Shown one piece after another: positions 25,956 through 37,461 of a DNA stretch of 64,000 nt. The translations under genes were made by a program, and so were the position numbers. Within the stretch, counting starts at the first letter, position 1; every line of letters starts with the position of its first letter. Origin of the DNA: Selaginella moellendorffii (taxonomy: Eukaryota; Plantae; Lycopodiophyta); the NCBI RefSeq assembly GCF_000143415.4, contig NW_003314274.1, positions 686,806 to 750,805 on the forward strand. The letters are read 5' to 3'. The notes below the pieces were generated by a model. That model did not search any database. It was given only the letters and a program-made list of their open reading frames with translations, and had not been told where the DNA came from.

Positions 25956-27003
25956 ATGGGCATTCACAAGCTCTATGGCGTCAAGATCGCGACGGCCTAC
26001 TCCTGCCCTGCTCGGCCGACGCCTCGATCGGATCACGGCAGCGGCGGCGGCAGCTCGTATGTGTTCTTAATCTCTTCCCGATTGCGATCTCCTCGAAATC
26101 TGGCGCTTCCCGTCTTGCATTTTCACGGTTTGTCGTGATTCGCTAGCAGACTGCTGGGATCCGGTGATTTGGAGGCGACGCAGCAGCAGGAGGAGTGGTG
26201 CTTGAGGTCTCTATGGGAGCGCCGGCCAAATTTCTTGCGAGCGTTCCATTCTTCACACAGAGGTATTATAAACTAAGTTTTGGATCATAGCTTGAGAGAA
26301 AAACTCCCAGCAGGTGATAGAAACCTCGTGGAAACTGTTATAAACGTTGCTACTTCGTTGCCGTTTGTTTTGATTGGGATCCAAATGCCAAGGTATGAGC
26401 AGCATTGTAATTCTTCCTCCCAGATTGTTCTTTTCTTCTTCCCTTTTACAGGCAAAAGCCGCTCACTAGACTATATGCTGATTCTTTGATCGGTGTCGGC
26501 CTCGCGTCAACTTTGTTTCACGCATCGCGTGGAGAGGCTCGAAAGTATTTTCGATGGGTAGACTATACCATGATCGCTACTTCAACTCTGGTACCAACAA
26601 TCTTACAATGTTTTCGATCTGTTTAAAACGTTTTCCTATAGTGCCTGTCGAGAGCTCTACAAACGGACAGCTCCAAAGCTTTGTACTGCGCTTCAGCGAT
26701 GCTACTTCCCTTTCAGCCGTTCGTCGTCGCGGCCTGTCACACCGGACTTATGGAGGTGTGTGGACGGACTTAGTTTTCCCTCATGGTTTTGTTTTGCTTT
26801 GTTTCCAGGCTGCTTTTGTTCGCCGAGCTCTCAAACAGCCTAGCCTACAGAAAGCTTACACCTTACACACCATTTCCACGGTCGTGGGAGGAACGTTATT
26901 TATTGCCGACGATATGTATCCAGACACGCCCTTTTTGCATGCTGCTTGGCACATTGCCGCGGCAGTGGGCGTGACAACATGCAACAAGCTCCTGAATTCT
27001 TAA
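25956..27003 (+). CDS. Multi-exon CREST-superfamily (alkaline ceramidase/PAQR-like) membrane protein
   Basis: The spliced product contains ETVINVATSLPF, ASTLFH (SxxxH), RWVDYTMIA (D) and HAAWH (HxxxH), the CREST metal-ligand pattern, with several hydrophobic helices. Confidence 0.75.
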
Positions 27004-27119
27004 GTATTTTATTGGTAAGATTGCTGGTCTTATTTGAGATAGAGTATACAAAGAGTAATCGCATCGCGAAGCAAGGACTCTACACAGTTGTGAAGGCAGC
27101 ATCAATATCTCCTGGAACT

Positions 27120-30082
27120 TCAAATGGAGGTACTGTTTGGTATCCCTCTACCTGTTAATCCCGGGCCGGAGCTTGGAAACAGGAGGGTGTATGGAATTTG
27201 CACTGGTCCTGTCCGGTTCTTGAGTTTCGTGTCCTTGTTCCTTGTCTGGATGAGTTCTTCCACTGCCTTGAGTTTCTCAGAAAACTTGGTGAATGCACTC
27301 TGAGCTGCTTGGTTGTTGGTCCAGTTCTGGATTATTCTTTGTCCCAGGTACTCCTCGTCTGCTGAATGAGTTGCCAGAATTTCTATCGTTGTCATAACTG
27401 ACGTTGCTTCTGCCTTTGTGGACACTGCAGATAAGAAGAAGTTTTCCGGATCCTTAAGAAGCTGCTTGTGTTCCTCAGAGCCTTCTCGTGGGATTTCCCT
27501 GTGCGTGGCTGTTGGGTGATTGGGCATGTAACCAGCGTAGGCGTACTGTCCAAAGTTTACGGCGGCATGGTGTGCAGATGCCAACCAGATCACAGTTGTG
27601 AGCACGCTTACCAGGTTCGGCTTGCTATTCATTTCCACCCACCATGTCTCGTCTTTCTTGTCACCGTGACCAACGTTAACAATTTCCGTCCACCATGCCT
27701 GTAGTTCGTTGTCACTCTCTATGTCTGCGTCATCTTCGTAGCAGCTATCTACATATTCCTGTGTCCACCTCTCAATTGCATCCCAAATCTCCAAACCGTC
27801 TGCTGCATATGGATAGTCGTCGATAGCCAGTTTGAGTCCATGCTTTGAGTTTGCATCTGGAGTTGCCATTCCCCTGGAAAATGTTCGAACTTTTAGATTG
27901 TTTTACATCCCTTGCGATGCCTACCTTTTCAGTAAATCTGCAGGAAGTCCTTGGTCGTCGAACCTCCATGTCCTATAGACAACGGAGCTCAACTCCATTG
28001 AGTATCTCCTTGTTGAGAAGCATTTCTCTATTATACCATCAGCATTTATCAGTGACTGCCTGGCTCGAGCGTTGATTGACATTGTGTTCTTGAAGTGTGG
28101 AACCAGGAACGGATTCAAGGGATGAAGCGCACTCAGGTTTCGATGTGTCGCAATGATAAAAGGTTCCAGGCAGGCATGAGTTCTTAAACTGCAGAGGAAA
28201 AACACGTCAGGTATGAGAGACGGCATTGTTGACAGCTTACAAGTGACTTATGAGCTGGTGATATCCTGAATCATTTGTAGTTACGTGTGCTTTTGCGAGA
28301 TGCCATAACCAATCCTCTGTTCCTGGTGCAGGTGGAAGAAACACCCTTTTGTTTTCTGACTTGGAGGAAGAATCCGGTGGCAAGCTCAACTCGATGGCAA
28401 TAGGCTTTAGAGTTCCATCCGCTTTGAGGTACAGTAGAGTTCTGGATGCGTAAGCGTGGATTTCCTTGATGCTGTTGATTTTGGTCAAGTAAGGCAAGTA
28501 TGCATCATGGTAGTCTAAGATGAATAGCTTCTTGTTCTCAAGTGCCTGCTCATATGAGTCAGTAAAAATCGTCACCCAGTTCCATTTTTCTTACTTGCTG
28601 GACTGTGTTTCCTTCAAGCTGAGAGACAATATGTTCTTCTGTAATGGCTGACTTTTGTGTTCCGTATACTGCTGGGTCCAGCGTGCTTTCTGGTGGAAAA
28701 ACCTGCATACAGCGGGTCATTTTTCTTACCAGCATTTTGAAGCTAGATTACCTCTAGTAGCTGAATCGCCATGGGGTTCAGTCCGCTGATCATCTGCCTT
28801 GCGAATTCGACGTCGGACATCCATCCTTTCTCGTTGGCTGTAGAAAGCAGTTTTCGCATCAGAAAAATCGCAGAGGTGAAATTACTAATTACCTTTGATA
28901 ACCGTAGGTATTGGATACATCAGCAAGCTTCCACTGTCTCCAGTCGACAGGCTTTGGACAACCTCAGCTGGATCAAGAATGTCGTCGTCTCGTTTGCACT
29001 TGCTCATATCAACTCCTTCCACGTACAGATTTTGCACTTCACCAAAGCTATCAAACGTTTCATCTGCTGTGAATGTTCCTTCCAGGTTTGGGATCAGGCT
29101 CTGTGCCGCGGCTTTTATGGCGGCCGTTAGGAAGTCGGACTCCTTAGTTGTGCCAAATCGTTCATCACTCGGTATGTAGTAATTTCCTGCTGCCTGGCTC
29201 TCGGTAGCTTTATCTGGAAAGCAGTGCTTAGCACAGCTATTAATATTACGAGTGTAAAGCACTCACCTGTTTCCTCTAGATCTCGTCCAGTTCGACACCG
29301 TCGTGGATACGGAAATTCTGCAGAACCCCCGAGTGTAGGCCGCTGGAGGGACTTGTCAGTATCCGGTTTCCCAAGATCATTGTAAGTGGCGTAGTCATAT
29401 ATTCGTTCCCAGACTTTTCTTTCACCTGTTCCATTGCCTCTCAGGTTCAAAAGCTCCTGATTGCGAGCGTCAACAAGGCCGGCCGGTGTGTCCTTGGGAA
29501 GAGTCAGCTACGCGCACAAATGAAGATGGAACATTAGTACCCTGTGACGGCGGACGAAAGAATGGAACTTACGTGGTTACTGAAGAAGATGCGGTCGTTT
29601 GGATACCGGGACACATTGTACACCCAGGAATTGCAGGGGAATTCTATAACTTGTTGCTGAGGCAGCTCGAGTGTTAGAGATTTGAGGTAGAACTCGTTCG
29701 GGTGCTTGTTTCTGATGGTGAAGGCACCGGGAACTCCAAAGTCGTCGCCGATCTCGAACTTAACATTCAACTCGACATCTTCAGTTGCCCGCAATCCTCC
29801 AGACACCAGCCAGCCGCCAGCAGCAGCTCGTTTGGACAGTGTTAATTTCTTGGTTCCTGAATGAAGGCACGCTTGAATTGTGCTTGCTACGAGACCTCGT
29901 GAGCAGATGAGACACTACAGACCTGGATTGATCTCGGTGCTGATAAGTTGCAGCGAGATGTTCTGGCCGAACAAGTCTGAAGCGACATCCACCAGGTGAG
30001 CTCCTATGTCCGTTAAGTTGAGGAAGTTCTTCCTGTGTACAACGAGCGTGCCATCGAAACTTACTGTTTTTACCGTCGCCAT
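27120..30082 (-). CDS. LOX: Lipoxygenase (predicted 13S-LOX, no visible transit peptide), multi-exon
   Basis: PLAT domain ([18 protein letters not shown]), [30 protein letters not shown], and C-terminal GIPNSTSI. Confidence 0.96.
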
Positions 30083-30408
30083 TGCAGATGATCCCTCGAG
30101 AGCTTGCACGAGGTCGTTTTTAAAGTTCTTACGGGGGCGGCAGAGAAGTCTCAATGAAAGTCTCAACACGGTAAAGCAATAGGACTCTTTCTGCGGTCCC
30201 TTAACTCAGTTAGCGGTTGTTGCAGCTATGGACCACAAGAAATCACTCGTTTTGCCACGGTTGTTATATGTTTGTTTGTATCTTTCGTAAGGATTTTCAT
30301 CACTGGCGACTAGCAGAGAGCGGCACGTCGGTTCCACCTCCCAATCCGAGAGGTAAGTCTATATACGCACTCTGAAAAACGCTGATTTTCTATTTTCTTG
30401 AGCAGCAC

Positions 30409-32137
30409 ATGAAGCACAATTCCTCGCCGGGTTTCAAAGTTGGTGTTTCGTGGAAATTCAGCCAGAGATATCCTTCAAATCTTCAAGGCTTTGAGGAAAA
30501 TGGACAAAGTGGGCCTGACTCTCGGAGAGGGACGGACGATCAGGAAGTGTTTGTGGCTCTCATACAAGATGAGAAAGCGCGGAGGGGGAGTTAAATTCCT
30601 CGGTCAGCAAATGCCAGTCTTGGACGCGGAAATGCCGTTCAATCCATTCGTCAACCGGCACGTCTCCATCAGTAGCAACTACGAGCTCGCAAAGACGCTA
30701 CTTTTGCTGCCACTCTTCGTCTTCCGGGTCTCCGTCTTTATCCTGCTGCTCGTCGTCGGCCTTGTCCTCACCAAGCTAGCTCTCCTCGGTGCTCGGGAAG
30801 TTCTCAATGCTCCACTGCCACTTTGGAGGCGCAAGCTTCTGTGGCCGGTCCGGTACCTTGCAAGATGCCTCCTCTTCTTCTGCGGTTACCACTGGATCGG
30901 CGTCAAAGGCAAGCCGGCCAGGAAAAGAGACGCTCCAGTTCTCGTTTGCAACCACGTAACTTTCGTGGATCCAGTCTACATCTTCTACAAGCACTTGCCG
31001 GTGATCGTCACGGCAGAGGAGAACCTCAACTATCCTTTCATGGGGACGATCATCAGTGCCATGCAGCCGATCACCATCCGGAGAGAGTCCCAGGAATCCA
31101 GAAACAAGGCCGCGGTTGAGATACGCAAGCGGGCAAAGTCTCTGGAGTGGAAGAACTCGCTTATGATCTTTCCGGAAGGGACGACCACAAACGGGAAAGC
31201 TATGGTGTCCTTCAAGAGTGGAGCGTTCTCTTCGAGCTCGCCCGTCCAGCCGATGGTGGTGAGATATCCCCACGTCCACTTGGACCCGTCCTGGGTGGCG
31301 GACGGGCCCTCGGCCTACGCGCTGCTCTTCCGGCTCATGACGCAGTTCCACAACTACATGGAGATCGAGTACCTCCCGGTGATGCGTCCCAGCAAGCAGG
31401 AGAACCCACGCAGCTTTGCCGAGCGCGTCCGGGCGGAGATGGCGCGAGCTCTCAACGTGGTGGTGACGGAGCACACCTTCGACGACGTGAGCATGGTGGA
31501 CGCAGCTCGGGGTGCCTCCTCCAAGCTCGATCTTCTCGAGTTTGGGAGGTTCGAGAGGCTCTACAGGGTCACACCCAAGGAGGCCAAGCGTTTCTTCCGG
31601 AAGTTCCGGGCCCTGGACGTCCAGAGGAACGGTGTGGCGAGCGAGGAAGATCTGGCGGACTATCTGGATCTCCCGAGCTGCGAGGCAGTGAGCAAAGTCT
31701 ACGACCTCTTCGACTCCAAAGGCTGTGGCTACTTCAACTTTCGCCAGTACGCGGCGGGGCTGCTGTTCATCTCGAGGCACGAGAGGTTCAGGGAGGCAGC
31801 CGAGGCGGTGTTTGAGAGGCTGGACAGGGACGGAGATGGTTTGCTGAGCTCGGGCGATTTCTCTGCCGGACTGACCGAACTGGTGCCGGGAACCAGCCGG
31901 GAACAGGCGAAGGCGCTGTGGGATAGGATCAACGCCAAGCAAGGGAGATTCGTCCACCGGATCGAGTTGCTTACGTTTCTGGACAGGAATCCAGAGTACG
32001 TAGCAGTGTTTTTGTTTGGCGCTCCGGGGTTGCTGTCGAATGTGAAGGCCGAGACAGCCATCCTGGAACCGAGCTCGACTGACCAAAAGAACTTTACTGG
32101 ATCTACTACGGATGCTTCTCCAGGGCCATCAGTTTGA
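30409..32137 (+). CDS. LPEAT2: Lysophospholipid acyltransferase LPEAT2/LPCAT-type with C-terminal EF-hands; coding region intronless; start codon uncertain (see finding)
   Basis: PlsC motifs NHVTFVD (HxxxxD) and FPEGT, FKSGAF, and EF-hand DRDGDGLLSSGDF. Confidence 0.88.
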
Positions 32138-32503
32138 AGAACTTGGTTATCAGAGAAGAAACTCTGAGAGCTGGGATTAGAAAATCGTGTCATCACTGGC
32201 CCCAAAGATCTATGCTCTATCCAAAGGATGAAAGAAGAAACCATCAGTGCTTTGCCTCTATCAAAGAATGATCTCTGACCGCTGAGTTTGTAAGAAGCAA
32301 AATCCATCACTTGGCTACCCGAGACCCTAGCCGCCACACTAAATATCCTAGACCTAAACGAATATCCTTATTATAAGAGAATATCCTTTCCTTTATCCCA
32401 CTAGCACGCATTTTGCTAGCAAGTTACATTTATTTCTATTCATTCTTGAAAAAGATAAAAACTATTATATTGATAAAAAAAGTTTAGAACAAAGCCCACA
32501 TTT

Positions 32504-33766
32504 CTATGGATACACATAATAGGAGCTGTAAGAATTGGAGGGGGTGTAAGGGGTGTAGTAGGGGTACCACGGATCGAAAATCTCGGCATAGTAATTGAGG
32601 CTGGGATCGTAGTAATCGGCAGGCATCGAAAGCATGGGATCGTCACCCACCTCTGGCAGTATAGCAAAGCAACGTAAGAGGAGTGAGATTCGGAGAAGAA
32701 TGGAAAGCGATGGAAACATACCCGAGTAATCTCTAGGCCAAGATGGCAAACGATAGTGCTTGAGGTGTTCTCGCGGCCGCCACTTTGCATCCAGGCACTT
32801 GCATCTGAATCCCTCGTAGTAGGCGACGTAGTTGTGGACTAGACACCGGCATCGCCACGAGAATGGCAGCGGCCTCAGGCCCTTGAGCAGCGAAATCTCG
32901 GAATGGAAGATGATCTCGGCTACCATCTGCCAAGCGAACAAGACAAGGGCTTAGAAAACGCGAGGGAGAAAAGCCCAGCAAGACGAAACCTGGGTGGCGG
33001 TTTCGTTGCGCTGCTCTTGATCGATGAGCTCCTGCTTGAGCCTGTATCCAAGGGTGAGAGGAACTGGCAAGGCGATCGCAAACGCACGGAAGAGAGGCCG
33101 GATGACACTGTCTCGCGGATGACTGATGTTGTCAATGCGATCCACGGCGAGAGCCAAGCCGTGGTAGAAGGTGGTGAGCTCGATGGAGCTATGGTGGATG
33201 TCGAGGTGCTGGTTTGGATTGGTGACGATCATCTGGACCTCACAGATGTAGTTTAGCTTGAAAGCGTAGTAGTTCCCTTTACCTTCCTCTTGCTGGCGCC
33301 GGATCACCTCGGGCTTCACCTCGGAGAGCCGCGAGATTCCCATGGAGACGGACTTGACATGGACGATCGGGAGCACTGGGCGCTCATGGAGCTGGACTCC
33401 CAGGAGGACGAGGCAGAGAACAAGGATAGCTGCGAGAAGGCTCCCTCCAACGATGGCTGCCGCGTAGAACAATCTGGTGCGCGTGATTGATGAGAATTTC
33501 TTGAATCTGCGAGACTCCATGAGGTTGAAGACGAGGAGGACCGGAAGATCGGGGCGGTCGCTGAGGCCAAGACCATGGTAAGGATCATAGTAGTCGTCTT
33601 CGTCCCAAAGATCTTGATCCGGGACGCCAGCATCGGCGCCGTCACTGCTGCTCGGTCCTAGATCTTGCCCCCGACTGGCGGCATCGGATCCACCTACCTG
33701 TAAATTCTGCTCGATGTCGAACGCTACTGCTCTCTTGGCGCCGATCTTCGGCGCTTGATCGTCCAT
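32504..33766 (-). CDS. LEA_2/NHL (NDR1/HIN1-like) type II membrane protein with Tyr/Pro-rich tail; intron 32989-32927
   Basis: TM helix AAIVGGSLLAAILVLCLVLLGV followed by P.VHVKSV and VTNPNQHLDIHHSSIELTTFYHG. Splice join ETATQ|MVAEII. Confidence 0.7.
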
Positions 33767-33918
33767 CACTCCATCTCCCACTCGGCGCTTCCATGATCGA
33801 GCTCCCGAGAGACCTAACCCTTCGACCAAGAACCCTAAATCCCCAATCTAACGGCATAGATTCAAAGAGCTCCCGCCAATTCCGACGGCCTAGATAAGTT
33901 TCCATTCTCTAAAGCTAC

Positions 33919-35172
33919 TTAGACAAGGATGTCGAGCCTGGGCTCAAAGGATATCCCATCGATGAGCCCATCGATGAGCCGCTCGTCCGGTAACGTACAG
34001 TCCGAAACCCTACTCCACTGCCGCTCGACCAGGTCGTACAGGAGCATCGGCATATCCCTCAGCCCGCCACCAATGTAGAGCAGCACCACATCGTTGGTCC
34101 CTACGCACATAAAATACGTACGATCTCCCAAAAACTCGTGGCACAAAGATTCCGGCATCTTGTCCACCTCCACCCACTCCATCCTCTCCACATTGAGCAG
34201 CCACACGCATATCGCGCTGGTAATATTCCCCTCCTGGAGCCCGCCCACCATCATGATCCTGCCCCGGGATTCCAGGATCGTGTTGCTCACCAGGGAATCC
34301 GGCGTGGGGGTCTGGATGAGGCTCCACGTGTCCTTGTACGTGTCGTAGGCGACAAGCCCGTCGGGGTCGCAGCACCACGAGTAGAGAACGCCGTTGCAAG
34401 TGATGGTACCGAGCAGCGGATCCGCACCGCGCGGCATGCTGCTCGTCATCCGCCACGTGTCGAGCCCGGACTCGTAGACCTCGGTGGTGATGTCGTCCAC
34501 CGAGATCTCGTGGTTCCCCGCCACCACGACTTTGTAGAGGCCGGTCCCCTTGTCCACCACCATGCCGACCGTCTCTAGATAGGTCGGGTTGTTGTTCATT
34601 GGCGGGAGCTTGCGCCAGGTGGATGTGATGAGGTTGCACACCGCGAAGTGTTTTTGGCCGTCAGTGGAGGCGCAGAAGCAAATGAGGCCGCCGCCGGCGG
34701 CCACCGGGATGTAGCGCTCGTTCACCGGAAAACTGGGCAGTGGGATGTGGTGCCACGTGTTGGATATCGGGTTGAATGTGGAGCCGTCCTTGTAGTCATG
34801 GTTTGTGAACATGAAGAACCAGGGGCCCTGCGGCGAGATGGAGCTGTAAGATTCCAGGAATCCGTCGGAGCAAAGAAGGGATCTCCAGGCCCGGCATACG
34901 GTCCGGAATTTGAGGAGGCTCGGCAGCGGTAGCCGAAGCAAGACCCTCTCCAGGAGATGCTCTGGGAGTGTGCTCCACAGCAGGGAATCCATGGGCGTTT
35001 GATCCATTTGGTGGCGCCGCTGGTGCTGGGCGGTGCAGTAGGATCGCCGCCGCTGCCGGGTGCCATAGCTTCCCTGTCCAGGGTCTTCTTCCTCTTGATC
35101 CTCCTCTTCTTCCCCCTCGTCCTCCTCCTTTCCAGTGGCCATGGATTTTTTCACAGAGGCGCTTGCGCCCAT
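33919..35172 (-). CDS. F-box/kelch protein of the LCR/HWS/At5g15710-like group, intronless
   Basis: Motifs WSTLPEHLLERVLLRLP..FRTVCRAW, AAGGGLICF, VCNLITSTWRKLPPM, TEVYES, GRIMMVGG, WVEVDKMP, FEPRLD. Confidence 0.9.
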   Translation of the reverse strand: MGASASVKKSMATGKEEDEGEEEEDQEEEDPGQGSYGTRQRRRSYCTAQHQRRHQMDQTPMDSLLWSTLPEHLLERVLLRLPLPSLLKFRTVCRAWRSLLCSDGFLESYSSISPQGPWFFMFTNHDYKDGSTFNPISNTWHHIPLPSFPVNERYIPVAAGGGLICFCASTDGQKHFAVCNLITSTWRKLPPMNNNPTYLETVGMVVDKGTGLYKVVVAGNHEISVDDITTEVYESGLDTWRMTSSMPRGADPLLGTITCNGVLYSWCCDPDGLVAYDTYKDTWSLIQTPTPDSLVSNTILESRGRIMMVGGLQEGNITSAICVWLLNVERMEWVEVDKMPESLCHEFLGDRTYFMCVGTNDVVLLYIGGGLRDMPMLLYDLVERQWSRVSDCTLPDERLIDGLIDGISFEPRLDILV

Positions 35173-35632
35173 TCATCCCTTCATCAAATGCGCGTCGATC
35201 GCCGTCACTTCCATCTCCATCTCTCCACTTTTTGATCCATCCGATCCACTCGATCGCTCAATCGCGGCTGGGCTTCCAAATCCCCAAATTGCTCGATCGA
35301 GAGAGGAACGACCAGCTATGGCGGAACGAAGGGGTTTCTCTGTCCGTGGACTAGGGCTTTTTAACGAACTGACACGTGTCCGAGTGAAACCAACGATATG
35401 CCACGTTAGCGGCGATATCTTTTATTTGCTGCTTTTCTATTTGTACAATATTCTTTTCCTATTTCATGCTCTACACGCCTTCGAAAATTTAGGGTTTATG
35501 GGTCGGGTGGGATCCTCGGCGCTGTCGCTGTCGTGTTCTTGGCAAAGATTTTAGGTCGAGGAGAGCGGATGTCCCGGTGGATCTAGGTCTGGATGATCCG
35601 CGGCTGAGGAGGCGCGGGGCGAGAAGCAAGGT

Positions 35633-37201
35633 ATGGCAGGATCCAGGCTCCAGGGATCGCAAGTCTCCTCCAGCTCCTCCGCATTCTCGACGCCGCGGAT
35701 TCTCATCCTCCTCACGCTGATGCCCCTGGGATTGGCTGCCTTCGCGTTCGTGCTGCAATGGCGGGGCGAGGTCACGGATCCGACTCGCCTGGGCGTCGAT
35801 CGCTCCAGATTTCCAGGGTTTCCAGGGAGCTCCCCGATTGGGAGCACTAGTGGCGTCGACTGTGGTGGGCAGCAGCGAGGGCTCAGCGCTTTCATCCATC
35901 ATCCGGGGTGGAAGTACGCGATCCCAGAGAATGGAAAGCCAAAGATTTGCGTGACAACCAGCACGGCCGGGGGTTTAGAACAGATCCTTCCATGGCTCTA
36001 CTATCACAGGGTGATCGGTGTCACGAATTTTCTCCTCTTCGTGGAGGGGAAGGCTGCGACTCAAAACGTTACCGCGGTCCTGGAGAGCATCCCTGGCGTG
36101 AGGGTGGTGTATAGAACCAAGGAGCTGGAAGAACAGCAGGCCAGGAGTAGGATCTGGAACGAGACATGGCTCTCGAGCTTCTTCTTCCGGCCTTGCAACT
36201 ACGAGCTCTTCGTCCGGCAGTCTCTCAACATGGAGATGGCGATCGTCATGGCCCGCGAGGCCGAGATGGACTGGATCATTCATCTCGACACGGACGAGCT
36301 CCTCTACCCGGCAGGATCGCCCGAGTACTCCCTCCGGAAGCTCCTGGGCGACGTTGCTCCGGAGGTGGACATGGTGATCTTCCCGAACTACGAGAGCGCC
36401 ATCGAGCGAGACGACGTGGTGGATCCTTTCAGCGAGGTGACCATGTTCAAGAAGAACTACGATCACGTCACCAAGGAGACGTACTTCGGGCTCTACCGAG
36501 AAGCGACGCGGGGGAATCCAAACTACTTCCTCACGTATGGAAACGGCAAGGCCGCGGCCAGGATCCAAGACCATCTTCGTCCAAACGGAGCTCACCGGTG
36601 GCACAACTATCTCAAGGCGCCGAAGGAGCTCAAGTTCGAGGAGGCGGCTGTTCTTCACTACACGTACTCCAAGTTCTCGGACCTCACCTCCCGGCGCGAT
36701 CGATGCGGGTGCAAGCCCACCAAGGACGACGTGAAGCGCTGCTTCATGCTCGAGTTCGATCGAGCAGCGTTCATCATCGCGTCCACGGCGACGCGGGAGG
36801 AGATGCTGCGGTGGTACCGCGAGCACGTCGTGTGGACGGACCGGGAGCTCAATCTCAAGCTCCTCCGGAAGGGACTGCTCACTCGGATCTACGCTCCGCA
36901 GCTCATCGTCCAGGGGCTGCGGCAGTCAGGGGTGCTCAACAACGCTCTAGCGGCGGGACAAGAACAGCTCGAGAGATTGAAGACGAGGGATAAGTTCCTC
37001 TCGGCGGTTTCCACCAGGAACTCTTCCTCCTCGGAGCTGGGATCGAAAGACAGCAAAGATGATCATCGCTTGGCCTCCTCGTCGAGGAGGCTCATGGATT
37101 TATCGAGCTTGAGTTCTTCGGCGATGGTGGTGGAGGATGATCCATTCGCAGCAGTGCCACCATTGCCACCTCCGGTACTTTTAAGTTCGATCGATCGATA
37201 A
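35633..37201 (+). CDS. KOB1: KOBITO1/ELD1/ABI8 glycosyltransferase-like protein, intronless
   Basis: Motifs [37 protein letters not shown] (DxD), [33 protein letters not shown]. Confidence 0.93.
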   Translation: MAGSRLQGSQVSSSSSAFSTPRILILLTLMPLGLAAFAFVLQWRGEVTDPTRLGVDRSRFPGFPGSSPIGSTSGVDCGGQQRGLSAFIHHPGWKYAIPENGKPKICVTTSTAGGLEQILPWLYYHRVIGVTNFLLFVEGKAATQNVTAVLESIPGVRVVYRTKELEEQQARSRIWNETWLSSFFFRPCNYELFVRQSLNMEMAIVMAREAEMDWIIHLDTDELLYPAGSPEYSLRKLLGDVAPEVDMVIFPNYESAIERDDVVDPFSEVTMFKKNYDHVTKETYFGLYREATRGNPNYFLTYGNGKAAARIQDHLRPNGAHRWHNYLKAPKELKFEEAAVLHYTYSKFSDLTSRRDRCGCKPTKDDVKRCFMLEFDRAAFIIASTATREEMLRWYREHVVWTDRELNLKLLRKGLLTRIYAPQLIVQGLRQSGVLNNALAAGQEQLERLKTRDKFLSAVSTRNSSSSELGSKDSKDDHRLASSSRRLMDLSSLSSSAMVVEDDPFAAVPPLPPPVLLSSIDR

Positions 37202-37461
37202 GTTTACTCACACTCGCAAACACTTACTTGTGCTTGTGAATTTTACTAGAGATGAACAAAGAAGAACACGCTGCTACCTTTTTTTCCAGAGCTCTCGATT
37301 CTTACAAGATCGATCAATGAAGTTTGTACTTTGATTGTTTTTTTTTCTGGATCTCACTTTACAACCATAGCTCGAGATGGGCTACTCGAAAGAATTGAAG
37401 GAATGAAAGAACGATGGAATGGGTTTCTTTCTTGCAAGAAACCTGGAGTGTTACTGTGGAT

